A stretch of DNA of 64,000 nt from Candidatus Latescibacterota bacterium (lineage in GTDB: Bacteria > Latescibacterota > UBA2968 > UBA8231), in contig CBDCSU010000004.1 in assembly GCA_965221775.1 (NCBI GenBank), positions 32,001 to 96,000 on the forward strand. Reading direction: 5' to 3'. A program made the position numbers and the translations under genes. Numbering within the stretch: the stretch's first letter is position 1; each line of letters starts with the position of its first letter. Positions 19,177-28,444 of this stretch are shown here, piece after piece. The notes below the pieces were generated by a model, which saw only the letters and a list, made by a program, of their open reading frames with translations, had not been told where the DNA came from and searched no databases.

Positions 19177-21114
19177 TCAGGGCGTGTAGTACCACAGGCG
19201 CCGCTTCTCCGGCGCCGTGTTGGGCTCGTACGCCCGGATGCTCTCCTCGTTGAAGTAGAGCTCCACCATTTTCAGCGGCGTCAGGGGAAACTCCCGTTTC
19301 CACTGGCGCGCCAGGTACTTGCAGAACAGGGGGCGGTGGTCCTTCTTCGCGCTCTTGCGCAGGGACATCATGTACTTGCGCCAGCGCGGGCCGTGGAAGG
19401 TCTCCACGATGGGGTCGGGCCGCTCCCACGAGACCTGGGCCAGCTTCTCTCCCAGGACGACGTGCCGGTAGAGGTCGACCTGGGTGCCGTCGTTCAAGGT
19501 GCCGACGACCACGTACCAGCCGCTGCTGCGGGAGGGGTACGGGGCGAACATGCTCCATTGCTGGCTGACTCGCAGGACCCGGCCGTACCACCGCAGGTCC
19601 GGGCCGGGAGCCTGCCCGGGCCGGGAGCCGGTCATCCAGCCCGCCGCCGCCGCCGACAGTCCCCCCGCCGTCGAGTCCGCCGCGAAGATCTCCTTGGTGT
19701 GGAAGCCGCGGGCGTTCCACACCACGACGTAGGCCAGGGTTCCGAGGAGAACGGCGTTGCCCGCCCAGGCCAGGGGCCGGGCCACGGGTCTGGCCGGCCG
19801 CGGGCGCATCCAGGCGGTGAGGCGCCCCATCAGCTCGCGGCGGCTCGCCGTCTGCTCGTAGAGCCAGGTGCCGGGCCGGCGGAAGACCGGCGCCCCCAGG
19901 ACCGCCCCCACGGGCCCCGCCCACGGCGAGCGCGAGAGCACGTACGCCAGGGCCTCCCACTTGTAGTGCTGCTTGCCCTCGTGATCGGTGACCACCCACG
20001 AGTCGCGCCGGCGCATGGCGCGCTCGATGGCGGGGTCGTCCTGGGCCCTGGCGACGGCGGTCTCGGGCAGCAGGAAGAAGCTGCGGATCACGAGGACCAT
20101 GCGCCGGCAGAACCCGCAGTCGCCGTCGTAGTGCAGGGTCATCCCGAGGCGCCGCGGGTCCCGCCGGAAGCGGGCGAAGAGGCGGTCCCACGCCGCCGGC
20201 GGCAGCAGGGCCAGCCACATGGCGCCGCACACGTAGGAGAACAGGCCCAGCTGCAGGGTCGCGGTGAAGCCCGCGTGCAGGGCGATCATGACGGCGCAGG
20301 CGGTGAGCCGCAGGGGGCCGACGAAGACGGGGATCCAGATCAGGAAGGGAGCCCAGAACTCGAGGAGAAGAGTGCCCCGGGTCACCAGCTCCAGCAGTCC
20401 CGGGGGCCACTCGCGCATCAGGGTGGCCAGGGGCAGGGCCATGTAGTCGAGCTTGAGGGCGTGCCAGACGGCGGTGCGGTCCTCGGTCCAGATCGGGTCG
20501 GTCTTGAGCAGCGCCGTGGCCCAGTAGACGATGGAGACCTGGGCCATGAAGCAGAAGGCGGCCACCGACCAGGTGCGGTGGCCGCCCTCGTCGGGCCCGT
20601 CCTCCCGGGGCTCTCTCATGGCGGCGTCGACCGAGGCGCGCGCCCCGAGGGGCAGGAACATCGACCAGAACAGGAGCATCCGGAAGAGCACGTCGCCGGC
20701 GTTGAGGATGGCGGTGTTCCGGTTCTGCAGCGACAGCAGCAGCAGCCAGCTCAGCACCGTGAACAGCCGGGTGCGGTGGCCGATGAGCAGGCAGAAGGCG
20801 CAGAAGGCGGCGATGGCGAAGAGCAGGAGCTGCACCTCCGGCCGGCCGCTGATCATGTGCAGGGAGACGGCCCAGGGCGTGGCGCCGGTGGCGACTCGGT
20901 CGAGCAGGTCGACGCGCGGCAGCACGCCGGAGTCGGTGTAGAACACGCCGATGTCTCCGGCTCGCGCCGCCAGGTCGACGAGGAGGATCACGCCGAGGAG
21001 GATGCGGAACAGCGCCAGGGCCCGCAGGTCGAGGCCGAAGCGCTCCGGCCAGCGGCGGAGCCACCCGCCGAGCCTGGCGCTGATGGAACTCGAGGCTGAG
21101 GTAGACGAATCCAT
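19177..21114 (-). CDS. HTTM-domain membrane protein with inserted DCC1-like (DUF393) thiol-disulfide domain
   Basis: DLRALALFRILLG, LQNRN..LNAGD, FLPLGARASVD, QQWSMFAPYP; inserted YDGDCGFC (DxxCxxC) domain. Confidence 0.85.
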   Translation of the reverse strand: MDSSTSASSSISARLGGWLRRWPERFGLDLRALALFRILLGVILLVDLAARAGDIGVFYTDSGVLPRVDLLDRVATGATPWAVSLHMISGRPEVQLLLFAIAAFCAFCLLIGHRTRLFTVLSWLLLLSLQNRNTAILNAGDVLFRMLLFWSMFLPLGARASVDAAMREPREDGPDEGGHRTWSVAAFCFMAQVSIVYWATALLKTDPIWTEDRTAVWHALKLDYMALPLATLMREWPPGLLELVTRGTLLLEFWAPFLIWIPVFVGPLRLTACAVMIALHAGFTATLQLGLFSYVCGAMWLALLPPAAWDRLFARFRRDPRRLGMTLHYDGDCGFCRRMVLVIRSFFLLPETAVARAQDDPAIERAMRRRDSWVVTDHEGKQHYKWEALAYVLSRSPWAGPVGAVLGAPVFRRPGTWLYEQTASRRELMGRLTAWMRPRPARPVARPLAWAGNAVLLGTLAYVVVWNARGFHTKEIFAADSTAGGLSAAAAGWMTGSRPGQAPGPDLRWYGRVLRVSQQWSMFAPYPSRSSGWYVVVGTLNDGTQVDLYRHVVLGEKLAQVSWERPDPIVETFHGPRWRKYMMSLRKSAKKDHRPLFCKYLARQWKREFPLTPLKMVELYFNEESIRAYEPNTAPEKRRLWYYTP

Positions 21115-21225
21115 GCGGAGTTCGGTCCTCAAGCGAAGAGGCGCGGCGCGGGGGAGGGGAGGCTGCGGCCAATAGGTAGTGCCGGCCCGTCGGCGGGACA
21201 ACCCGGCGCCAGGACGAGGCCGGCT

Positions 21226-22821
21226 CTACTGGTCGTAGCGCTCCCGGTACATCGCCCGCAGCGCCTCCGCTTCTTCCGGATCGAGCCCTTTCATCCAGGC
21301 GTGCTCCTCCCGGGCCAGGAGGGCCGCCACCCGGGCGCGGTACTTCTCTCCCAGCTCCCGGCTTCGGCCCTCCGCCGCCTCCACCGCCGCCGGCAGGAAC
21401 TCCATGTAGTAGTGCTTGGCCACCTCGTACATGCCGTGCCAGTGGGTGTAGTCGGGGCCCATCATGCTGGCCCCGTGGCGGGCCCGGCGGCCTTCGTGGT
21501 GCCACAGCTCCCAGAACACCCACTGCACCTCGTGCTCGAAAGGCGCCTCCGGGTTGAGCACGCCGTCGGCGGTGAGGTCGTCCATCATCGCCTTCGCCGG
21601 CCGCGCGAACTTCTCGTTGTAGAGGACGACGAGGTCGTCGAACTGCTTGTAGAAGTTGTCCACGTAGGTGTCGCTGTGGCAGTTGAGGCAGGCCCCCTTC
21701 ATCGTCTGCCGGCGCTGCTGCCAGGTGACGATCTCCTTCACCCTCCTCGGCACCGTCCTGCCGACGAGCTTCTCCTCCTCCACGAACTTCTCCTCCGTCT
21801 CCACCAGCTCGCCCGGCTCGGGCAGGGCCCGCGTCTCCGGGTAGTCCTCGCGGAAGCCGTCCTCGAAGATCACCAGGTTCTGCCTGGTGCTGATCACCGG
21901 CCTCAGGGTCCAGCTGATGCGCTCGCCCACGTCGTGGCTGTTGGCCTCGTACACCCCCTGGGGCGTCATGTAGCTGCTGATGTGACAGGTGGCGCAGGTG
22001 GGCGCCGCCGAGTAGTCGCGGCCGAGGACCCAGTCGCCCTCCTTGTCGAGGGCCATGCGGTCGCGGTTGGCGTAGAAGGCGATGCCGTGCTTCGACTCGT
22101 TGTAGACCTCGATCTGCGGATGGTCGGGGCCCATGTGGCACTTGCCGCAGTTCTCGGGCGCCCGCGACAGGCTGGCCTGGAAGGCGTGGCGCGAGTGGCA
22201 GGCGTGGCACGATCCCTTCGAGCCGTCGGGGTTCAGCCGCCCCATGCCGCTGTTGGGCCAGGTGTCGGCGTCGATCACCGGTTTGCCCTCGCGGCCGTCG
22301 CGCAGGATGGCGCCGGACTCGTCGCGCTCGAAGCGCACGATGCTGCCGTGGCACTGCCAGCAGCCGTTGACGGCGTCGGCGTTGTTGTCCGGCAGTCCGG
22401 CCACCCGCTCGGCCAGGATGTTGTCGAGGCTGGCCAGGATCTCGCCGGCCCTCGCGTGGTGACTGACGGAGAACTGCTCGAACTCGCGCGCGTGGCAGGT
22501 GGCGCAGTCCTTCGGGGTCACCAGCGCCGAGATCCAGACCCCCTCGTGCTCCCAGGCGTCCACGTCGTCGGGGCTGGCGGTGTGGCAGTCGAAGCAGCCG
22601 ACGCCGAACTCGGCGTGGCGCGACTCCTCCCACTCCATCACCAGCGCCGGGCTGTCCTGGCGGTGGCAGGAGACGCAGCCCTCGTTGGAGGCGGTCACCA
22701 CCGGCCCGGGCTCCTCTTCCTGGCGGGCCAGCCGCGACTCGTGCCAGGCCACCAGCAGCAGGGACAGCAGGAACAGGAAGGAGAGGGCCGCCACGGTGTA
22801 GCGCTTGGCCGTCAGGGTCAT
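21226..22821 (-). CDS. octaheme cytochrome c, hydroxylamine oxidoreductase (HAO) family, N-terminal membrane anchor
   Basis: eight CxxCH motifs (CVSCH, CFDCH, CATCH, CWQCH, CHACH, CGKCH, CATCH, CLNCH); GPDHPQIEVYNESKHG; C-terminal GPDYTHWHG. Confidence 0.9.
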   Translation of the reverse strand: MTLTAKRYTVAALSFLFLLSLLLVAWHESRLARQEEEPGPVVTASNEGCVSCHRQDSPALVMEWEESRHAEFGVGCFDCHTASPDDVDAWEHEGVWISALVTPKDCATCHAREFEQFSVSHHARAGEILASLDNILAERVAGLPDNNADAVNGCWQCHGSIVRFERDESGAILRDGREGKPVIDADTWPNSGMGRLNPDGSKGSCHACHSRHAFQASLSRAPENCGKCHMGPDHPQIEVYNESKHGIAFYANRDRMALDKEGDWVLGRDYSAAPTCATCHISSYMTPQGVYEANSHDVGERISWTLRPVISTRQNLVIFEDGFREDYPETRALPEPGELVETEEKFVEEEKLVGRTVPRRVKEIVTWQQRRQTMKGACLNCHSDTYVDNFYKQFDDLVVLYNEKFARPAKAMMDDLTADGVLNPEAPFEHEVQWVFWELWHHEGRRARHGASMMGPDYTHWHGMYEVAKHYYMEFLPAAVEAAEGRSRELGEKYRARVAALLAREEHAWMKGLDPEEAEALRAMYRERYDQ

Positions 22822-22842
22822 GCGATCAATCCTCCCGGGGTT

Positions 22843-23925
22843 TCAGGGGACGTGTCCGGTGTCGAGGCTCTCCCACACGGTGAGGGCGAGAAAGCCGAGG
22901 AAGGCGAGGGCTCCCAGCACCACCGAAGCGGTGTCGGGAAAGCGCAGGCGCCGCTGCAGCCAGCTCTCGATGAACGGCCAGAGCAGCACCGCCGCCAGCG
23001 CCGCCGCGGTGAGCAGCACGGTGATCCGCAGGGAGGTCAGCTTGAGGAGGCGGAAGCTGAAGTAGAAGTACCACTCGGGTTTGATGTGGTCCGGCGTCCG
23101 GGACGGGTCGGCGGGCTCGCCGAGGCCGGCCGGGAAGACCAGGGCCAGCAGGGTCAGGCCGTACATCAGCAGCACGCCGATGAGCAGCTCGGTGGTGGCG
23201 TGATCGGGCCAGAAGGGGAAGTGCCGCTCCTTCTCGCGGACCTCCTCGCCCTCGAAGACGTGCTCGGTCACGCCCTGCATGCGCACCAGGCTGATGTGCA
23301 GCCCGAGGAGGACGAAGGCGGCGGTGGGCAGCACACCGATGTGGAGGATGAAGAACCGGGTCAGGGTGTTGGCGCCGATCTCGTCGCCGCCGCGCATCAT
23401 GTGGGCGGCCACCGGCCCGACCCCGGGCAGGGCCTCCACGAGGTTGGCGGCCACCGTCACCCCCCAGTAGCTGAGCTGCTCGTAGACGAGGGAGTAGCCG
23501 GTGAAGCCGAAGGCGAGGGTGGTGAGCAGCAGGCCGGCGCCCACCATCCAGTTGAGCTGGCGCGGGTGGCGGTACGAGCCGGTGAAGTAGACCCGCAGCA
23601 TGTGCAGGAAGAGGGCGGCGATCATCAGGTGGGAGGCCCAGTGGTGCAGCGAGCGGATGTACCAGCCGAAGCGGATCTGGCGGGTGATCGTGTCGACGCT
23701 GGCCCAGGCCTGCTCGGGGGAGGGCACGTAGTAGAAGGTCAGGGCGATGCCGGTGACGACCTGCACGGCGAAGAGGTAGGCCACCGTGCCGCCGAGGCAG
23801 AACCACCACTTCTTCAGGTGACGGGGCACCGGCTCGGCGCCGGCGTGGCGGATCAGCTCCCAGTCGAGGGGGAAGAGGTCGCTCCAGCGCCGCTGGCGGG
23901 GGGCGGCCTCGCCGGGCGCCTTCAC
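22843..23925 (-). CDS. cytochrome b (b6-type fused to subunit IV) of a Rieske/cytochrome b complex
   Basis: WWFCLGG (heme ci Cys), HHWASHLMIAALFLH, FTGYSL, SYWG, second His pair with 14 intervening residues, IKPEWYF; GTG overlaps the Rieske stop. Confidence 0.93.
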   Translation of the reverse strand: MKAPGEAAPRQRRWSDLFPLDWELIRHAGAEPVPRHLKKWWFCLGGTVAYLFAVQVVTGIALTFYYVPSPEQAWASVDTITRQIRFGWYIRSLHHWASHLMIAALFLHMLRVYFTGSYRHPRQLNWMVGAGLLLTTLAFGFTGYSLVYEQLSYWGVTVAANLVEALPGVGPVAAHMMRGGDEIGANTLTRFFILHIGVLPTAAFVLLGLHISLVRMQGVTEHVFEGEEVREKERHFPFWPDHATTELLIGVLLMYGLTLLALVFPAGLGEPADPSRTPDHIKPEWYFYFSFRLLKLTSLRITVLLTAAALAAVLLWPFIESWLQRRLRFPDTASVVLGALAFLGFLALTVWESLDTGHVP

Positions 23926-24407
23926 CCGCGCCGTCTCCGCGGGGCCCGGACCTCCAGGTAGACCACCTGGCTCTCCTCGTCTATGATCAGCGGCGCCGGG
24001 TGCAGGCGCTGGCCGGCGTCGGCGGGGGGCCCGGAGACGGCGACCCCGTCGGCGTCGAAGACGCCGTTGTGACAGGGACAGAAGAAGCGCCTCTCCTGCG
24101 CCTCCCAGTGCACCTTGCACCCCAGGTGGGGGCAGGTGGAGCTGAAGGCCTGGAGGCCCTCCGGGGTGCGCCGCACCAGCACCTCGTTGCCCTCGAGGTC
24201 GAGGATGGTGCGCACCGTGTCGGCGGGGAAGGCCCCCACCGGCCCGACGAAGATCCGGCGCCGGCGGGAGGCTCGTCCCGAGGGCAGCAGGAAGCCCAGG
24301 AACTGGCCCGCCAGGGTGCCGTAGGAGGCCAGCAGTCCGGCGGCCATGAGCACCGACGCCAGCCAGGAGCGGCGCGACCGGCCGCCATGGTCCCGTGTGT
24401 CCGTCAT
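23922..24407 (-). CDS. Rieske 2Fe-2S protein with Tat signal
   Basis: SRRSWL twin-arginine plus TM; CPHLGC and CPCHNG boxes; GPP. Confidence 0.93.
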   Translation of the reverse strand: MTDTRDHGGRSRRSWLASVLMAAGLLASYGTLAGQFLGFLLPSGRASRRRRIFVGPVGAFPADTVRTILDLEGNEVLVRRTPEGLQAFSSTCPHLGCKVHWEAQERRFFCPCHNGVFDADGVAVSGPPADAGQRLHPAPLIIDEESQVVYLEVRAPRRRRG

Positions 24408-24442
24408 GCCTCGTCCCTCCCGCCTGTAAGGATGCGCATTTC

Positions 24443-25780
24443 ATGAATGGACCGCACATCCTCTACCTGCACTCCCACGACACCGGACGTTACGTCGCTC
24501 CCTGCGGGTACGCCGTGCCCACGCCGCACATCCAGCGGCTGGCCGGGGAGGGCGTCCTCTTCCGCCAGGCCTTCTGCGCCAACCCCACGTGCTCGCCGAG
24601 CCGGGCCAGCCTGCTCACCGGCCAGTGGGCCCACAGCTGCGGCATGGGCGGGCTCGTCAACCGCGGCTGGAGCCTGCCCCGCCCCGAGCGCCTGCTGCCG
24701 CGGGTCCTCGCCGCGGCGGGGTACCGCACGGTGCGCGCCGGTCTGCAGCACGTCGTCGCCGATCCCGCCGAAGGGGGCTACGAGCGCATCCTCGACGACG
24801 GCCGCCCGGTGGAGGAACGGGCCGCCGCCTTCCTCGGGGAGCGCCACGACCGCCCCTTCTTCCTCGACGTGGGCTTCACCGCCACCCATCGCCGGGGGCG
24901 CGGCTTCGACCCGCCCCCCGAGGGGGAGGAGCCCGCGGACCCGCGCCGCGTGCAGCCACCGGGGCCGCTGCCCGACGCCCCGGAGATCCGCCGGGACATG
25001 GCCTCCTACGTCGACGCGGCGCGCACCCTCGACCGGCAGATGGGGCGGGTCCTGGCGGCCCTGGAGGCCAGCGGCCTGAGCCGCGAGACGCTGGTGATCT
25101 GCACCACCGACCACGGCCTCGCCTTCCCGCTGATGAAGTGCCACCTCACCGACCACGGCATCGGCGTGATGCTGATCCTGCGGGGGCCGGGCGCTCTGAA
25201 GGGGGGCCGGACGGTCGACGGCCTGGCGAGCCAGATCGACCTCTTCCCGACGGTCTGCGAGGTCGCCGGCCTGGAGCGGCCGGACTGGCTCCAGGGCGTC
25301 TCCCTGCTGCCGCTGGTCGAGGGCCGGCGCGAGGTCCGGGAGGAGGTCTTCGCCGAGATCAACTACCACGTCTGCCACGAGCCCCAGCGCGCCGTGCGCA
25401 CCCGCCGCTGGAAGTACATCCGCCGCCTCCACCCGCGCGCCCGTCCGGTCCTGCCCAACTGCGACGACAGCCCCAGCAAGGACTTCCTCCTGGCCCGCGG
25501 CTGGGGCCAGCGCGAGGAGGCCGCCGAGAGGCTCTACGACCTGACCGCCGATCCCCTGGAGCAGCGCAACGTCGCCGCCGACGCCGCCCACGGGGAGGCG
25601 CTGGACGAGATGCGCGGACGCCTGGAGCGCTGGCAGCGGGAGACCGGCGATCCCCTGCTCGACCGGCCCTTCCTCGAGCCCCCGGCCTCCGCCGTCGTCG
25701 CCGACCCGGGCGCCCTGTCGCCGCGGACGGCGCCCACTTTCCCGGCGCGGGAGTTCCTCGAGGCGCAGGCCGGCGGCTGA
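24443..25780 (+). CDS. sulfatase (sulfamidase-like)
   Basis: HILYLHSHDTG, CSPSR motif, TTDHG, LYDLTADPLEQRN. Confidence 0.9.
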   Translation: MNGPHILYLHSHDTGRYVAPCGYAVPTPHIQRLAGEGVLFRQAFCANPTCSPSRASLLTGQWAHSCGMGGLVNRGWSLPRPERLLPRVLAAAGYRTVRAGLQHVVADPAEGGYERILDDGRPVEERAAAFLGERHDRPFFLDVGFTATHRRGRGFDPPPEGEEPADPRRVQPPGPLPDAPEIRRDMASYVDAARTLDRQMGRVLAALEASGLSRETLVICTTDHGLAFPLMKCHLTDHGIGVMLILRGPGALKGGRTVDGLASQIDLFPTVCEVAGLERPDWLQGVSLLPLVEGRREVREEVFAEINYHVCHEPQRAVRTRRWKYIRRLHPRARPVLPNCDDSPSKDFLLARGWGQREEAAERLYDLTADPLEQRNVAADAAHGEALDEMRGRLERWQRETGDPLLDRPFLEPPASAVVADPGALSPRTAPTFPAREFLEAQAGG

Positions 25781-25884
25781 AGCGGACCCGGGGCGGTGCC
25801 CCGACCCGCCCCGGACCCCGGGCTCGAGGCGCGGCCGGCTCGCTGAAGCCACATACCGCCATCCGTCCGCCTCGTCCCCGGGCC

Positions 25885-26055
25885 GCCCCGGTTCACAGGC
25901 ACGGAGGGATCTCCAGCCGGTGCCGCCCGTGGGCCGCCCACCGGCGGCGCTCCCAGCCCCGGTTCACGGGCACGGAGGGATCTCCAGCCGGTGCCGCCCG
26001 TGGGCCGATGGCCGGCGGCGCTCGCCGCCGCGGTTCGCAGGGACGGGGGCCTCGG
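25885..26055. repeat. 71-bp tandem palindromic repeat (two near-identical units plus one degenerate unit)
   Basis: units start at 25885, 25956 and 26027: GCCCCGGTTCACRGGCACGGAGGGATCTCCAGCCGGTGCCGCCCGTGGGCCG... Confidence 0.85.
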
Positions 26056-26110
26056 ACCTATCCTTGCCGGAAACCAGCCTGCAATCCGCGGCTATTCCAG
26101 GAGGATCTAC

Positions 26111-27265
26111 GTGAAGATCACCGATGTCGAAGTGATTCAGTTCCGCACCAGGAAGCGGGGTCGGGAGGCCGGCTCCCGCTGGGGCTACGGCGTATGGATC
26201 GGCGACGACGAGGTCGAGAGCACGACTTCCATCACCCGGATTTCGACGGACGAGGGCGTCACGGGGCACTTCTGGGGAGGGGACAGGGCCCGGGTGGAGG
26301 GACCGATCAAGCAGTTGCTGGTGGGGGAGGACCCTCTCGACAGCGAGAAGATCTGGCACTGGATGGACCAGTATGTCACCCGCAGCCGCGGTCTGGGGGA
26401 GCACGACGTGGGCAAGATCGACTGCGCCCTGTGGGATCTGAAGGGCCAGATCGCCGGCGTGCCGGTGTACCAGCTCCTTGGGGGAACGCGCGACAAGGTG
26501 GAGGCCTACGCCAGCACCGCTCCCAACCTCGGCGGGCCGGAGGACTACGCGGCCCTCGCCCGCAGCTGCGTGGAGCGCGGCTACCGCGCCTTCAAGATCC
26601 ACGCCAACATCTTCTGGAACCCCCACACCCGCCAGCCGGCGCCCCAGCTGCCCGGCTTCCCCAGGGAGGACGTGGAGATCTGCCGCGCCGTGCGCGAGGC
26701 CGTGGGCGACGACATCACCCTGATGCTCGACCCCTTCGGCGTCTACACCCTGGAGGAGTCCCTGTGGGTGGCGCGGGAGCTGGAGGACCTCGACTTCTAC
26801 TGGCTGGAGCACCCCATGGTGGAGACCCGGGTGGAGGCCTACCGCAAGCTGACGGAGCAGACGGAGATCGCCATCTGCTCGCCGGAGCACGTCGGCGGCG
26901 GCCCCTTCGCCCGGGCGGAGTGGCTCATGCAGCACGCCTGCGACATGGTCCGCACCGACATCAACTACGGCGGCATCACCGGCTGCTGGAAGCTGATCAA
27001 CCTCTGCCAGCTCTACGGGGCCCAGTGCGAGCTGCACTTCGTCGGCGCCCCCCACCTGCACCTGGCGGCGGCGGCGCCGGAGGCGACCTGCCGCTACTAC
27101 GAGCGCGGTCTCCTGCGCGCCGAGCTCGACTACGAGGAACTGCCGCCCCACCTGACCGCCCTCGACGACCCCATGGACGACGAGGGGTTCGTGCACGTGT
27201 CGCAGGAGCCGGGGCTGGGCATCGCCTACGACTGGGACTACATCGACGCCAACCGGGTGGACTGA
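26111..27265 (+). CDS. mandelate racemase/muconate lactonizing (enolase superfamily) protein, copy 1
   Basis: KITDVE, DCALWDLKG, FKIH, LMLDP, WLEHP, SPE, CELH, PGLGI; GGAGG RBS, GTG start. Confidence 0.92.
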   Translation: MKITDVEVIQFRTRKRGREAGSRWGYGVWIGDDEVESTTSITRISTDEGVTGHFWGGDRARVEGPIKQLLVGEDPLDSEKIWHWMDQYVTRSRGLGEHDVGKIDCALWDLKGQIAGVPVYQLLGGTRDKVEAYASTAPNLGGPEDYAALARSCVERGYRAFKIHANIFWNPHTRQPAPQLPGFPREDVEICRAVREAVGDDITLMLDPFGVYTLEESLWVARELEDLDFYWLEHPMVETRVEAYRKLTEQTEIAICSPEHVGGGPFARAEWLMQHACDMVRTDINYGGITGCWKLINLCQLYGAQCELHFVGAPHLHLAAAAPEATCRYYERGLLRAELDYEELPPHLTALDDPMDDEGFVHVSQEPGLGIAYDWDYIDANRVD

Positions 27266-27327
27266 CGGAGCCTGCCGGGCAGAATCCGGCACGAGCCGGC
27301 CGTCCGCTACCATTCCAGGAGGATCCC

Positions 27328-28419
27328 GTGAAGATCACCGACGTGGAAGTGATTCGGTTCCGCACGACAAGACATGGCCGGGGAGAGACCACCCGCTCGA
27401 TCATCCGGATCTCGACCGACGAAGGAGTCCGAGGTCACATCCCGGGCGGCGACAAGGACAGGGTGGAGGGGTCCATCAAGGGTGTGCTCGTCGGGGAGAA
27501 CCCCCTGAACAGCGAGAAGATCTGGAACTGGATGGACCGCAGCCGCCTGGCGGAGAATGTGACGGGGCAGGTGGACTGCGCCCTGTGGGACCTGAAGGGC
27601 CAGATCGCCGGCGTGCCGGTGTACCAGCTCCTCGGGGGGACCCGCGAGAAGGTCGAGGCCTACGCCAGCACCGCTCCCGACCTCGGCGGGCCCGAGGTCT
27701 ACACGGCCCTCGCGCGCAGCTGCGTGGAGCGCGGCTACCGCGCCTTCAAGATCCACGCCCACATCTTCCGGAACCCCCACACCCGCCAGCCGGAGCGCCA
27801 CCAGCCGGGCTTCCCGAAGGAGGACGTGGAGATCTGCCGCGCCGTGCGCGAGGCCGTGGGCGACGACATCACCCTGATGCTCGACCCCTTCGGCGTCTAC
27901 ACCCTGGAGGAGTCCCTGTGGGTGGCGCGGGAGCTGGAGGACCTCGACTTCTACTGGTTCGAGCACCCCATGGTGGAGACCCGGGTGGAGGCCTACCGCA
28001 AGCTGACGGAGCAGACGCGGATCGCCATCTGCTCCCCCGAGCACGTCGGCGGCGGCCCCTTCGCCCGGGCGGAGTGGTTGTTGCAGCGCGCCTGCGACAT
28101 GGTGCGCATCGACGTCAACTACGGGGGCATCACCGGCTGCTGGAAGCTGATCAACCTCTGCCAGCTCTACGGCGCCCAGTGCGAGCTGCACTTCGTCGGC
28201 GCCCCGCACCTGCACCTGGCGGCGGCGGCGCCGGAGGCGACCTGCCGCTACTACGAGCGCGGTCTCCTGCACGCCGGGTTCGACTACGAGTGGGTGCCCC
28301 CCCACCTGACGGCGTTGCCGGACCCCATGGACGACGAGGGGTTCGTCCACGTACCGCGGGAGCCGGGGCTGGGCATCGCCTACGACTGGGACTACATCGA
28401 GGCGAACCGGGTGGACTGA
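27328..28419 (+). CDS. mandelate racemase/muconate lactonizing protein, copy 2 (tandem duplicate)
   Basis: barrel domain near-identical to copy 1; same upstream ATTCCAGGAGGATC RBS context. Confidence 0.92.
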   Translation: MKITDVEVIRFRTTRHGRGETTRSIIRISTDEGVRGHIPGGDKDRVEGSIKGVLVGENPLNSEKIWNWMDRSRLAENVTGQVDCALWDLKGQIAGVPVYQLLGGTREKVEAYASTAPDLGGPEVYTALARSCVERGYRAFKIHAHIFRNPHTRQPERHQPGFPKEDVEICRAVREAVGDDITLMLDPFGVYTLEESLWVARELEDLDFYWFEHPMVETRVEAYRKLTEQTRIAICSPEHVGGGPFARAEWLLQRACDMVRIDVNYGGITGCWKLINLCQLYGAQCELHFVGAPHLHLAAAAPEATCRYYERGLLHAGFDYEWVPPHLTALPDPMDDEGFVHVPREPGLGIAYDWDYIEANRVD

Positions 28420-28444
28420 CGGCGGTTCTGCCGGACCGCCGGCC

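Noticed and set aside
18989-22633. Very long alternative-frame ORFs (e.g. 1214 aa here, 43408-48606, 43557-49025, the 5' part of 24589-28419)
   Set aside because: Arg/Pro/Gly-rich or antisense shadows of real GC3-biased genes; no motifs
21226-22821. Evidence for ammonia oxidation or anammox
   Set aside because: The nitrifier Tyr-crosslink segment is not apparent, and no amo, cycA/cycB or hzs genes are present
25885-26055. CRISPR array
   Set aside because: Only about 2.4 units, inter-repeat parts are homologous rather than unique spacers, and there are no cas genes
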